64,000 nucleotides of DNA from PVC group bacterium (GTDB lineage: Bacteria > Omnitrophota > Gorgyraeia > B26-G9). Location of the stretch: contig JAAEQR010000195.1 in assembly GCA_024231215.1 (NCBI GenBank), positions 226,246 through 290,245 on the forward strand, written 5' to 3'. Below are positions 46,390 through 54,303 of the stretch, one piece after another. The notes under the pieces were generated by a model. It was not told where the DNA came from, searched no databases, and was given only the letters and a program-made list of their open reading frames with translations. The position numbers and the translations under genes are program-made. The number at the start of each line of letters is the position of its first letter. The first letter of the stretch is position 1.

Positions 46390-47355
46390 ATGATTATATT
46401 AACTGGTGGCGCAGGATTTATCGGAAGCTGTTTTCTGCAGAAGTTGAATGCAGAAGGAATTAACGATATTCTGGTTGTCGACCATATGGGTGAAGCTGAT
46501 AAAAAGAAAAATTTAGAGAATAAAAGTTTTTCTGATTATGTGGAGAAAGATGTTTTTCTGCGCATGGTGAAAGAAGATAAATTACCAAAAACCACACACA
46601 TTATTCATATGGGGGCTTGTAGTTCGACTACCTTGAATGATGCTGATTATTATTTCAAAAATACTTATGAGTATTCCCGGATCCTGGGGCAATGGTCATT
46701 TGATAATAAAGTACCATTTTTATATGCTTCATCTGCGGCAACATACGGTGATGGCGGGTTCGGGTATGATGATCGCAATGAGAATACATATCGTTTGCTG
46801 CCCCTGAATATGTATGGATATTCTAAACATCTTTTTGATTTATGGATACTAAATAACGGTTTTGAAAATAAATCTACCGGACTTAAGTTTTTTAATGTGT
46901 TCGGGCCGAATGAATATCACAAAGGCGAAATGATGAGTGTTGTGTGTAAAAAATTCCAAGAAGTTTCTGAACAGGGGTGTATTAAGCTTTTTAAATCCTA
47001 TATTGAAGATTACGCAAATGGAGATCAGAAGCGTGATTTTATTTATATAAAGGATGCTGTAGAAATAATGTATTACTTTTTTAAGAATCCTGAAAAAGGC
47101 GGGGTGTTTAATTTGGGTACAGGAAAAGCCCATTCCTGGAATGAGCTGGCAAGAGCGATGTTTGCGGCGCTGGATAAAGAACCAAAGATTGAATATATCG
47201 AAATGCCGGAATACTTAAGGCCTAAATATCAGTATTTTACAGAAGCGGTTATGAATAAGACAAAAGATGCCGGTGCGCCGGTCGATTTTCAGTCATTGGA
47301 AGATTCTGTGCGTGACTATATGGTAAATTATTTGCAAAAAGGAGAATGTTTGTAG
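46390..47355 (+). CDS. hldD: ADP-L-glycero-D-manno-heptose-6-epimerase
   Basis: Strong end-to-end resemblance to RfaD/HldD (MIILTGGAGFIGS .. HMGACSSTT .. FLYASSAATYG .. YGYSK). Confidence 0.85.
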   Translation: MIILTGGAGFIGSCFLQKLNAEGINDILVVDHMGEADKKKNLENKSFSDYVEKDVFLRMVKEDKLPKTTHIIHMGACSSTTLNDADYYFKNTYEYSRILGQWSFDNKVPFLYASSAATYGDGGFGYDDRNENTYRLLPLNMYGYSKHLFDLWILNNGFENKSTGLKFFNVFGPNEYHKGEMMSVVCKKFQEVSEQGCIKLFKSYIEDYANGDQKRDFIYIKDAVEIMYYFFKNPEKGGVFNLGTGKAHSWNELARAMFAALDKEPKIEYIEMPEYLRPKYQYFTEAVMNKTKDAGAPVDFQSLEDSVRDYMVNYLQKGECL

Positions 47356-47358
47356 AGA

Positions 47359-47973
47359 ATGAAGAAGTTTTCTCAAAAGACAATTTCCCGTTCATTCTTA
47401 TATATCAGAACATTAGAGCAGCTGATCAGAGCTGGAGAGACACTTGTTTCTTCTAAAAAGCTAGCGGATATTACTGGGCTTACTGATGTACAGATTCGGA
47501 AAGATATCTCTAATTTTGGAAAAGTCGGCCGGCCGAGGATTGGTTATAAGATTACGGAACTAAAGAAGATATTGGAAGATTTTGTACTGCAGCATATAGT
47601 ACATGTATCTTTGTTTGGCGTAGGAAATCTTGGTTCGGCAATTTTGAAATATCCTGGATTTCATCAGGAGAAAGTAGAGATTGTCGCAGCTTTTGAAAAA
47701 GATAAACGAAAGATTGGTAAAAAAATTAACGGGGTGAGTATTTATAGTGTTGAAGATGCTCCCCGTGTTGTTTCGAAAATGCATACAGAAATCGGGATTA
47801 TTGCTGTTCCCGAAGAATATGCGCAGCAGGTAGCGGATATTATTGTTGCTTGTGGCTTGCATGGAATTATAAATTTTTCACCGGTATCAATTAATGTACC
47901 TAAAGATGTTTCGGTTAAAAATATTGATCTGGCAATAGAGTTTCTTTCGCTTTACTGTGAAATGCAACTTTAA
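47359..47973 (+). CDS. rex: redox-sensing transcriptional repressor Rex
   Basis: Winged-helix N-domain plus a Rossmann GxGxxG (LFGVGNLGSA), with typical Rex length and pattern. Confidence 0.85.
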   Translation: MKKFSQKTISRSFLYIRTLEQLIRAGETLVSSKKLADITGLTDVQIRKDISNFGKVGRPRIGYKITELKKILEDFVLQHIVHVSLFGVGNLGSAILKYPGFHQEKVEIVAAFEKDKRKIGKKINGVSIYSVEDAPRVVSKMHTEIGIIAVPEEYAQQVADIIVACGLHGIINFSPVSINVPKDVSVKNIDLAIEFLSLYCEMQL

Positions 47974-47975
47974 AT

Positions 47976-47994
47976 AAGTTATAAATTATAACTT
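47976..47994. promoter_or_regulatory. perfect palindrome AAGTTATAA-A-TTATAACTT between rex and hypA
   Basis: A 19-nt inverted repeat. It shares the 13-mer TTATAACTTACAAC with the hypC upstream region. Confidence 0.35.
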
Positions 47995-48030
47995 ACAACT
48001 CATGAAAGTAATCCTGGAGGTAGCTACAAA

Positions 48031-48402
48031 ATGCATGAGATGTCAATTGCTTCCGCACTGATGGATCAGATAATGGAGACAGCCAAACTTAATAATCTGG
48101 TAAAGGTTGAAGAGGTTGAAATTCAGGCTGGGTTATTGAAGCAGGTGGTGCCGGATGTTATGCAGGCGGCTTTTGAAGCGGTGATTAGCGGGACAATTGT
48201 CGAAGGAGCGCGGCTTAAAATAATTGAGGTTAAGGCAGAAGCTCGTTGTCTGAGCTGTGGGCAGGTGTTTGAGCCTAAGGTGGATAATTTTTTATGTTCT
48301 GTGTGTAATAAGGCAGATGTGGAAATTATTAAAGGTAATGAGATTATTCTTAAATCATTAACTGGTAAAAACCTGGAAGAGGAAGATAAAAATGAAAGTT
48401 AA
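48031..48402 (+). CDS. hypA: hydrogenase nickel incorporation protein HypA
   Basis: MHEMSIA N-terminus, and a zinc site CLSCG ... CSVCN. Confidence 0.85.
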   Translation: MHEMSIASALMDQIMETAKLNNLVKVEEVEIQAGLLKQVVPDVMQAAFEAVISGTIVEGARLKIIEVKAEARCLSCGQVFEPKVDNFLCSVCNKADVEIIKGNEIILKSLTGKNLEEEDKNES

Positions 48403-49075
48403 TGTAATAAAAAACGTATTACAAGCCAATGATATAATTGCGGCAAAGAACAGGAAAGTATTTAAAGAAGCCGGATTGTTGGGAATAAATATAATTAGTT
48501 CGCCGGGAAGTGGAAAAACTACGCTGCTTGAAAAAACAATACCCACGCTAATGCCAGAGCAAAAGTCGATTGTACTGGTGGGAGATCTGGAGACAACTCG
48601 CGATGCCGATAGGGTAGCGCCGTATGCCGAAGAAGTGGTGCAGATTAACACAGGGATGAGCTGTCACCTTTACGCGAATCAGATTGCTGAATCTTTAACC
48701 GAGCTTGAATTAAATAAAGCTGATTTTTTGTTTATTGAGAATGTTGGGAATATGGTTTGTCCGGGAGAGTTTGATTTAGGGGAGAATGTTAAAGTTATCT
48801 TGTTGAGTATTCCGGAAGGGGATGATAAGGTAGCTAAATATCCAACTATTTTCCGGGCGGCGGATATGGTTTTATTAACCAAGATTGACTTGTTGGGAGT
48901 GCTTAATTTTGATCTAGATCGGGTGATGGAGGATTTGCGCAAACTCAATGAGAATGTACCGGTAATTAAGATGTCTTCGTTAGCAGGTGAGGGTATGGAG
49001 GAGTGGCTTGGCTGGCTGAAAGAACAGAGGAATAAATCTATCGGTAATCAGGCAAAATTCATCACACCGGAGTGA
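48392..49075 (+). CDS. hypB: hydrogenase nickel incorporation GTPase HypB
   Basis: P-loop SSPGSGKTTLLE and the CH-motif region. It overlaps the hypA end. Confidence 0.85.
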   Translation: MKVNVIKNVLQANDIIAAKNRKVFKEAGLLGINIISSPGSGKTTLLEKTIPTLMPEQKSIVLVGDLETTRDADRVAPYAEEVVQINTGMSCHLYANQIAESLTELELNKADFLFIENVGNMVCPGEFDLGENVKVILLSIPEGDDKVAKYPTIFRAADMVLLTKIDLLGVLNFDLDRVMEDLRKLNENVPVIKMSSLAGEGMEEWLGWLKEQRNKSIGNQAKFITPE

Positions 49076-49109
49076 TTCTTTTCTTACTAGGGGGAAATAA
49101 AAAAAACAC

Positions 49110-49137
49110 TTGCAAACTTTAGAATTAGTGATATACT
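49110..49137 (+). promoter_or_regulatory. candidate promoter TTGCAA-16-TATACT for the hox operon
   Basis: The hexamers are read directly from the sequence. Confidence 0.4.
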
Positions 49138-49154
49138 TACTTTAATAAGGTTAA

Positions 49155-49172
49155 TTGTTAAAAATTTCACGA
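49155..49172 (+). promoter_or_regulatory. candidate Rex operator TTGTTAA-AAAT-TTCACGA
   Basis: It matches the Rex box consensus TTGT[GT]AA-N4-TT[CA]ACAA in 16 of 18 positions. It lies between the candidate promoter and the hoxF start, and rex is encoded 1.2 kb upstream. Confidence 0.45.
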
Positions 49173-49200
49173 TTAAATCTAACGAAAAAGGGTAGAGCTG

Positions 49201-51012
49201 ATGGATAATAAGTTAGAACAGGCAGTAAAGCAGATTTGTGACGAGTGTGGAAATGACCGTACGAGAATAATGGACATTGTTATTGCTTTGCAAAAAAGCC
49301 AGGGTTGTGTGAGCAGCCAAGCCATGGACTTGATTGCCAAGCAGGTAAATGCACATCGTGTAGAAGTAGAAGGGGTTGTTTCTTTTTACGCTTTCCTTTC
49401 CAAAGATCCTAAAGGAAAAGTAGTGATCCGGGTTTGTACGGATGTTGTTGATCGGATGAAAGGTGTAAATGAAGTCGGACAGGCATTTCAAGCAGAACTT
49501 GGTATTGGATTAGGCGAGACTACAGAGGATGGCAATATTACGCTTGAACATACCCCTTGTATTGGGATGTGTGACCAGGCTCCGGCGGCTTTGATTAATG
49601 ATGAAGTATTTACTAATTTATCTGAGGACAAGGCAAAAGCTATTGTCCAGGCATTGAAAAAAGATGCTGATCCTAAAAAAATATCCATAGAGCTAGGTGA
49701 TGGAAATAATGCGAATGAACTAGTTAAATCGGAAGTTAAAAATAATATTTGCAAAAAAGGCGAAATTATTTTTGCTGATAATGAGTCGGGAGCTGGCTTG
49801 AAAAAAGCGTTAGAATTAGCGCCGGCTGATGTTATTAAGGAAATTAAAGAGTCTAAATTAAGAGGCCGCGGTGGTGCAGGATTTCCCACAGGACTTAAGT
49901 GGGATTTTGCTAGCAAGGCTGAAGGCGATCAGAAATATGTGCTTTGTAATGCAGATGAAGGAGAGCCGGGAACTTTTAAAGACAGAGTGCTTCTTACTGA
50001 GCGTTATGATTTGTTATTTGAAGGTATGACTATTACCGGTTATGCGATCGGTGCTAATGCCGGGGTGATTTATTTGCGCGGTGAATATGCTTATTTACGT
50101 GCTTTTCTGGAAAATAAGCTTGTAGAACGTAGAGATAAGAATTTATTAGGTAAAAATGTGCTTGGCAAGGATGGGTTTGATTTTGATATCCGAATCCAGA
50201 TGGGAGCCGGGGCATATGTATGCGGAGAAGAAACAGCGCTTATTAGTTCCTGCGAAGGCATGCGCGGTGATCCGAAAAATCGTCCTCCGTTTCCAGCTCA
50301 AAAAGGATATCTTGGTTGTCCGACTGTAGTGAATAACGTTGAAACATTATCCATTGTGACCAGAATAATGGAAAAGGGTGCAGCCTGGTTTACGGGAATT
50401 GGAACTGAGGCTAGTGCTGGAACAAAAATTTTAAGTATTTCCGGTGATTGTGAAGCTCCCGGAGTATATGAATTTCCGATTGGTATAAAAATAGAAGACT
50501 TGCTTAAAGAAGTAAAAGCAGAAAATGCGCAGGCAGTTTTGATTGGTGGTCCTGCCGGACAGATAATTAGTGCTACGGAATTTAATAGATATATTTGTTT
50601 TGATGATTTGGCTACGGGTGGTGCGATTGTTATCTTTGGTGCGCAGCGTAATATATTGGAAATCGTTAATGAATATATGGATTTCTTTATTGAAGAGAAC
50701 TGTGGTTATTGCACTCCTTGTCGTGTAGGCAATGTTTTGTTGAAGCAGCGTTTGGAAAAGATAATTTCCGGAAAAGGGGAAAAGGCAGATCTTGATTATT
50801 TGCAGGACTTGGGAGATAGTGTGATTTTGACCAGCCGTTGCGGCTTGGGGCAGACTTCTCCAAATCCGATTCTTACCACCTTGAAGAATTTCCGGTCTTT
50901 ATATGAAGGCTTGATTAAAGTAGAAAAAGATATTATGGAACCGACATTTGATGTTAAGGCTGCACTTAATGATGCAGAAACTGTTGCAGAACGACAATCA
51001 GTAATATATTGA
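49201..51012 (+). CDS. hoxF: NAD(P)-linked diaphorase subunit of a bidirectional [NiFe] hydrogenase (HoxF) with a fused N-terminal NuoE/HoxE-like 2Fe-2S domain
   Basis: An N-terminal thioredoxin-like 2Fe-2S domain (C...C...CxxxC), then a NuoF-like NADH/FMN-binding region (GRGGAGFPTG) and a 4Fe-4S site. Confidence 0.85.
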   Translation: MDNKLEQAVKQICDECGNDRTRIMDIVIALQKSQGCVSSQAMDLIAKQVNAHRVEVEGVVSFYAFLSKDPKGKVVIRVCTDVVDRMKGVNEVGQAFQAELGIGLGETTEDGNITLEHTPCIGMCDQAPAALINDEVFTNLSEDKAKAIVQALKKDADPKKISIELGDGNNANELVKSEVKNNICKKGEIIFADNESGAGLKKALELAPADVIKEIKESKLRGRGGAGFPTGLKWDFASKAEGDQKYVLCNADEGEPGTFKDRVLLTERYDLLFEGMTITGYAIGANAGVIYLRGEYAYLRAFLENKLVERRDKNLLGKNVLGKDGFDFDIRIQMGAGAYVCGEETALISSCEGMRGDPKNRPPFPAQKGYLGCPTVVNNVETLSIVTRIMEKGAAWFTGIGTEASAGTKILSISGDCEAPGVYEFPIGIKIEDLLKEVKAENAQAVLIGGPAGQIISATEFNRYICFDDLATGGAIVIFGAQRNILEIVNEYMDFFIEENCGYCTPCRVGNVLLKQRLEKIISGKGEKADLDYLQDLGDSVILTSRCGLGQTSPNPILTTLKNFRSLYEGLIKVEKDIMEPTFDVKAALNDAETVAERQSVIY

Positions 51013-51038
51013 GGATTCCGGGCATAAAGATAGTGTGG

Positions 51039-51085
51039 TTTACCACACAGTGCCGCGGATATAATTCGCCCTGAAACTTCAGGGC
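51039..51085 (+). promoter_or_regulatory. internal promoter-like TTTACC-16-ATAATT plus a perfect 5'UTR hairpin GCCCTGAA-AC-TTCAGGGC before hoxU
   Basis: Read from the sequence. The block CCGCGGATATAATTC resembles CCGCGGACATAATTC upstream of glgP (42956-42971). Confidence 0.3.
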
Positions 51086-51095
51086 TCATTAAAGG

Positions 51096-51818
51096 ATGAT
51101 TATGGAAAAAACAGTAAAGTTTACGATTGATGGAGTAGAAATAACGGCCAAGGCGGGGCAGACGATTATGCAGGCTGCCGATGAAGCAGGGATTTATATC
51201 CCTCGTTTATGCTACATGAATGAGCTAAAGCCACACGGAAGCTGTCGTGTATGTACAGTAATGGTAAACGGTAACCCTCAGGCTGCTTGTACTCAGCCGG
51301 TTGCCGAAGGTACAGTTGTAAAAAGTGAAACTGAAAAGATTCAGGCTAGTCGCCGGGATATCGTGGATATGCTTTTTGTGGAAGGAAATCATTTTTGCAT
51401 GGTTTGTGAAAAAAGCGGTAATTGCGAACTTCAGGCAATGGCGTATCGTTTGGGTATCTGCGCTCCAAAATATCCTTATCTTTTCCCGAAATTGGATGTC
51501 GATGGTTCTCATCCGGATATTTTTATTGACCGCAATCGTTGTATTTTATGCGGCCGCTGCGTGGAAGCGTCACAGGATATTGACGGTAAAGGCGTGTTCG
51601 AATTTGTCGGACGCGGGCAGGAGAAGAGAGTTGCGGTAAATGCCGAAGCAAAACTTGCAGATACGAATATGGAAGTAACAGATAAGGCAGCGGATGTTTG
51701 TCCGGTAGGTGCAATAATTAAAAAACGTGTAGGGTTCGCTGTTCCTGTAGGAGAGCGGTTATATGATAAGGAACCGATCGGTTCGGATATTGAGAGGAAA
51801 AAAAATGGGAAAACCTAA
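51096..51818 (+). CDS. hoxU: hydrogenase diaphorase Fe-S subunit HoxU (NuoG N-terminal-like)
   Basis: An N-terminal 2Fe-2S ferredoxin-like fold followed by several Cys clusters (CxxCxxxxxC, CILCGRC). Confidence 0.85.
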   Translation: MIMEKTVKFTIDGVEITAKAGQTIMQAADEAGIYIPRLCYMNELKPHGSCRVCTVMVNGNPQAACTQPVAEGTVVKSETEKIQASRRDIVDMLFVEGNHFCMVCEKSGNCELQAMAYRLGICAPKYPYLFPKLDVDGSHPDIFIDRNRCILCGRCVEASQDIDGKGVFEFVGRGQEKRVAVNAEAKLADTNMEVTDKAADVCPVGAIIKKRVGFAVPVGERLYDKEPIGSDIERKKNGKT

Positions 51819-52350
51819 AATTGCTACTGCTTCATTAGCAGGATGTTTCGGATGCCATATGTCTATACTTGATATTGATGATCGTATTCTGAAACTTGTG
51901 GAATTAGTGGATTTTGATAAATCTCCGGTAAATGATATTAAAAAGTTTACGGGAAGATGTTTAGTCGGTTTGATTGAAGGCGGCTGTGCAAATGAAGAAA
52001 ACGTGCATGTGCTTAAGTATTTTCGTGAAAATTGCGATATACTTATTTCTGTTGGGGACTGTGCGATTAATGGTGGTGTGCCGGCAATGCGTAACGGTAT
52101 TCCGCTAAAGGAATGTTTGGAAGAAGCTTATATCAACGGTCCGACGGTGTATAATCCAAGTAAACAGATTCCTAATGATAAAGAAATTCCGCTATGTCTT
52201 GATAAGGTTTATCCTTGTCATCATGTAGTGAAAATAGATTATTATCTGCCGGGTTGTCCACCTTCTGCAGATACTATATGGGAAGCATTGGTGGCATTGT
52301 TAAACGGCAAGCCGCTTGATCTGCCGTATGAATTAATTAAATATGATTAA
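51805..52350 (+). CDS. hoxY: [NiFe] hydrogenase small subunit HoxY
   Basis: MGKPKIATASLAGCFGCHMS proximal-cluster motif and a C-terminal LPGCPP. It overlaps the hoxU end by 14 nt. Confidence 0.85.
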   Translation: MGKPKIATASLAGCFGCHMSILDIDDRILKLVELVDFDKSPVNDIKKFTGRCLVGLIEGGCANEENVHVLKYFRENCDILISVGDCAINGGVPAMRNGIPLKECLEEAYINGPTVYNPSKQIPNDKEIPLCLDKVYPCHHVVKIDYYLPGCPPSADTIWEALVALLNGKPLDLPYELIKYD

Positions 52351-52361
52351 GGAGTAATATC

Positions 52362-53798
52362 GTGAGTGATGCTAAATTAAAAAGAGTGATTATAGAGCCG
52401 GTAACCCGTGTCGAAGGTCATGGGAAAGTATCTTTGTTGCTTGATGAGCAAAATCAGGTTAAACAAGCTAGACTGCATATTGTAGAATTTCGCGGGTTTG
52501 AGCGTTTTGTTCAGGGTAGGCCTTTCTGGGAAGTTCCGGTATTAGTACAGAGATTATGTGGTATATGTCCGGTAAGCCATCACTTGGCTGCGGCAAAGGC
52601 TATGGATCGTATTGTTGGCGGTGAAAACCTTACCCCGACTGCGGAAAAGATGCGTCGTTTAATGCATTATGGACAGACTTTTCAGTCTCATGTTTTGCAT
52701 TTCTTTCATTTGGTTTCTCCTGATCTGTTATTTGGTTTTGATGCGGATCCGGCAATCCGGAATGTAATTGGCGTAGCTCAGAAATTCCCGGAACTTGCGG
52801 TACAGGGCGTTATGATGCGTAAGTATGGGCAGGAAATCATCAAAGCTACAGCTGGAAAGAAAATCCACGGAACAGGAGCAATCCCGGGTGGTATAAATAA
52901 GAATCTTTCTATTGCTGAACGTGATGAATTATTGAAAGATATTGACCAGATGGTTGAATGGGCACGCAGTGCATTGAAGATAGCTAAAGATTATACTACA
53001 GAAAACTTGGAGAAGATTGCTCCGTTTGGTTCTTTTGATTCAAATCATCTAAGTATTGTGCGTAAAGATGGATGTCTGGATCTTTATGATGGAAACTTAA
53101 GAGCGATTGATGCAGAAGGTAATAAGATAATTGATCAGGTTGATCCTCAGGATTATATGGAGCATATTGCTGAGGAAGTAAAGCCTTGGTCTTATATGAA
53201 GTTCCCGTTCATTAAATCAGTAGGTCCGGAAAATGGATGGTGTCGTGTAGGTCCTTTGGCCAGAATCAATACTTGTGATTTTATTGATACTCCGGAAGCG
53301 GAAAAAGAACGTCAGGAATTTATGGCGCTAACCAAAGGTAAACCGAATAATATTACCATGGCTTATCACTGGACACGTATGATTGAAACTTTGCATTCAA
53401 TTGAAAAAATAAAAGAATTGCTGCATGATAAGGATCTTCAGGGTACAGATTTGGTTGTTAAGGGTGAGCGTAGAGAAGAGACTGTAGCGATTATCGAAGC
53501 ACCTAGAGGCACATTGTATCACCATTATAAAGTTGATAAGAATGACCAGGTTACAATGGCTAACTTGATCGTATCTACTACCAGTAATAACGAACCAATG
53601 AATCGTGCGGTACAAAAAGTTGCGCAGGATCATTTAAGCGGTGTGGAAATTACCGAAGGGTTATTAAATCATATCGAAGTAGCAATTCGTGCGTATGATC
53701 CATGCTTATCTTGTGCTACACACGCTATGGGCAAAATGCCTTTAATTATCAGTCTTTTTGATCATAAGGGCAATCTTGTTGATCAGAGAGCAAAATAA
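52362..53798 (+). CDS. hoxH: [NiFe] hydrogenase large subunit HoxH
   Basis: N-terminal RxCGxCxxxH (RLCGICPVSH) and a C-terminal DPCLSCATH nickel-binding motif, followed by a cleavable C-terminal extension. GTG start after an AAGGAG RBS. Confidence 0.9.
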   Translation: MSDAKLKRVIIEPVTRVEGHGKVSLLLDEQNQVKQARLHIVEFRGFERFVQGRPFWEVPVLVQRLCGICPVSHHLAAAKAMDRIVGGENLTPTAEKMRRLMHYGQTFQSHVLHFFHLVSPDLLFGFDADPAIRNVIGVAQKFPELAVQGVMMRKYGQEIIKATAGKKIHGTGAIPGGINKNLSIAERDELLKDIDQMVEWARSALKIAKDYTTENLEKIAPFGSFDSNHLSIVRKDGCLDLYDGNLRAIDAEGNKIIDQVDPQDYMEHIAEEVKPWSYMKFPFIKSVGPENGWCRVGPLARINTCDFIDTPEAEKERQEFMALTKGKPNNITMAYHWTRMIETLHSIEKIKELLHDKDLQGTDLVVKGERREETVAIIEAPRGTLYHHYKVDKNDQVTMANLIVSTTSNNEPMNRAVQKVAQDHLSGVEITEGLLNHIEVAIRAYDPCLSCATHAMGKMPLIISLFDHKGNLVDQRAK

Positions 53799-54262
53799 TG
53801 ACTGCAAAAGTAGAAAAGGTTCTGCTGATTGGATACGGGAACCCGGGAAGACTTGATGATGGGTTGGGCCCGGCTTTGGCGGAAGTAATAGAGGCGGAAA
53901 ATATTCCAGGTGTAACCGTGGACGCGAATTATCAACTTTCAGTTGAAGACGCGGCTGCGGTTGCTGAGCATGATGTAGTGATTTTTGCTGACGCATCGGT
54001 GAATGCTACAGAACCATTTTCTTTCACACAAATCCATCCTAAATCCAATACTTTAAGTTTCAGTAGTCATAGTGTTGAACCAGAGGCAGTGATTGCTCTG
54101 GCGCAGGAATTATTTAAAGCAGATACAGTTGGCTATGCCTTGGGAATTCGCGGATATGAATTTAATGAGTTTGGTCAAAAAATCTCTACTCAGGCTAAAG
54201 AAAATCTAGAAAAAGCAATAGAGTTTATAGTTCCTGCCTTACGTAAAAAAATATTCCAATAA
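53798..54262 (+). CDS. hoxW: hydrogenase maturation endopeptidase (HoxW/HycI family)
   Basis: A ~150 aa protein with LLIGYGNPGRLDDGLG. It follows directly after hoxH. Confidence 0.8.
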   Translation: MTAKVEKVLLIGYGNPGRLDDGLGPALAEVIEAENIPGVTVDANYQLSVEDAAAVAEHDVVIFADASVNATEPFSFTQIHPKSNTLSFSSHSVEPEAVIALAQELFKADTVGYALGIRGYEFNEFGQKISTQAKENLEKAIEFIVPALRKKIFQ

Positions 54263-54303
54263 TTCATTGACTAAAACCTTTGTTTTTGTGTATTGTAATT
54301 AAT

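Noticed and set aside
47956-47970. TGTGAAATGCAACTT as a Rex half-site at the end of rex
   Set aside because: Only one half-site (TGTGAA) matches and the partner half is absent. It also lies inside the rex coding sequence.
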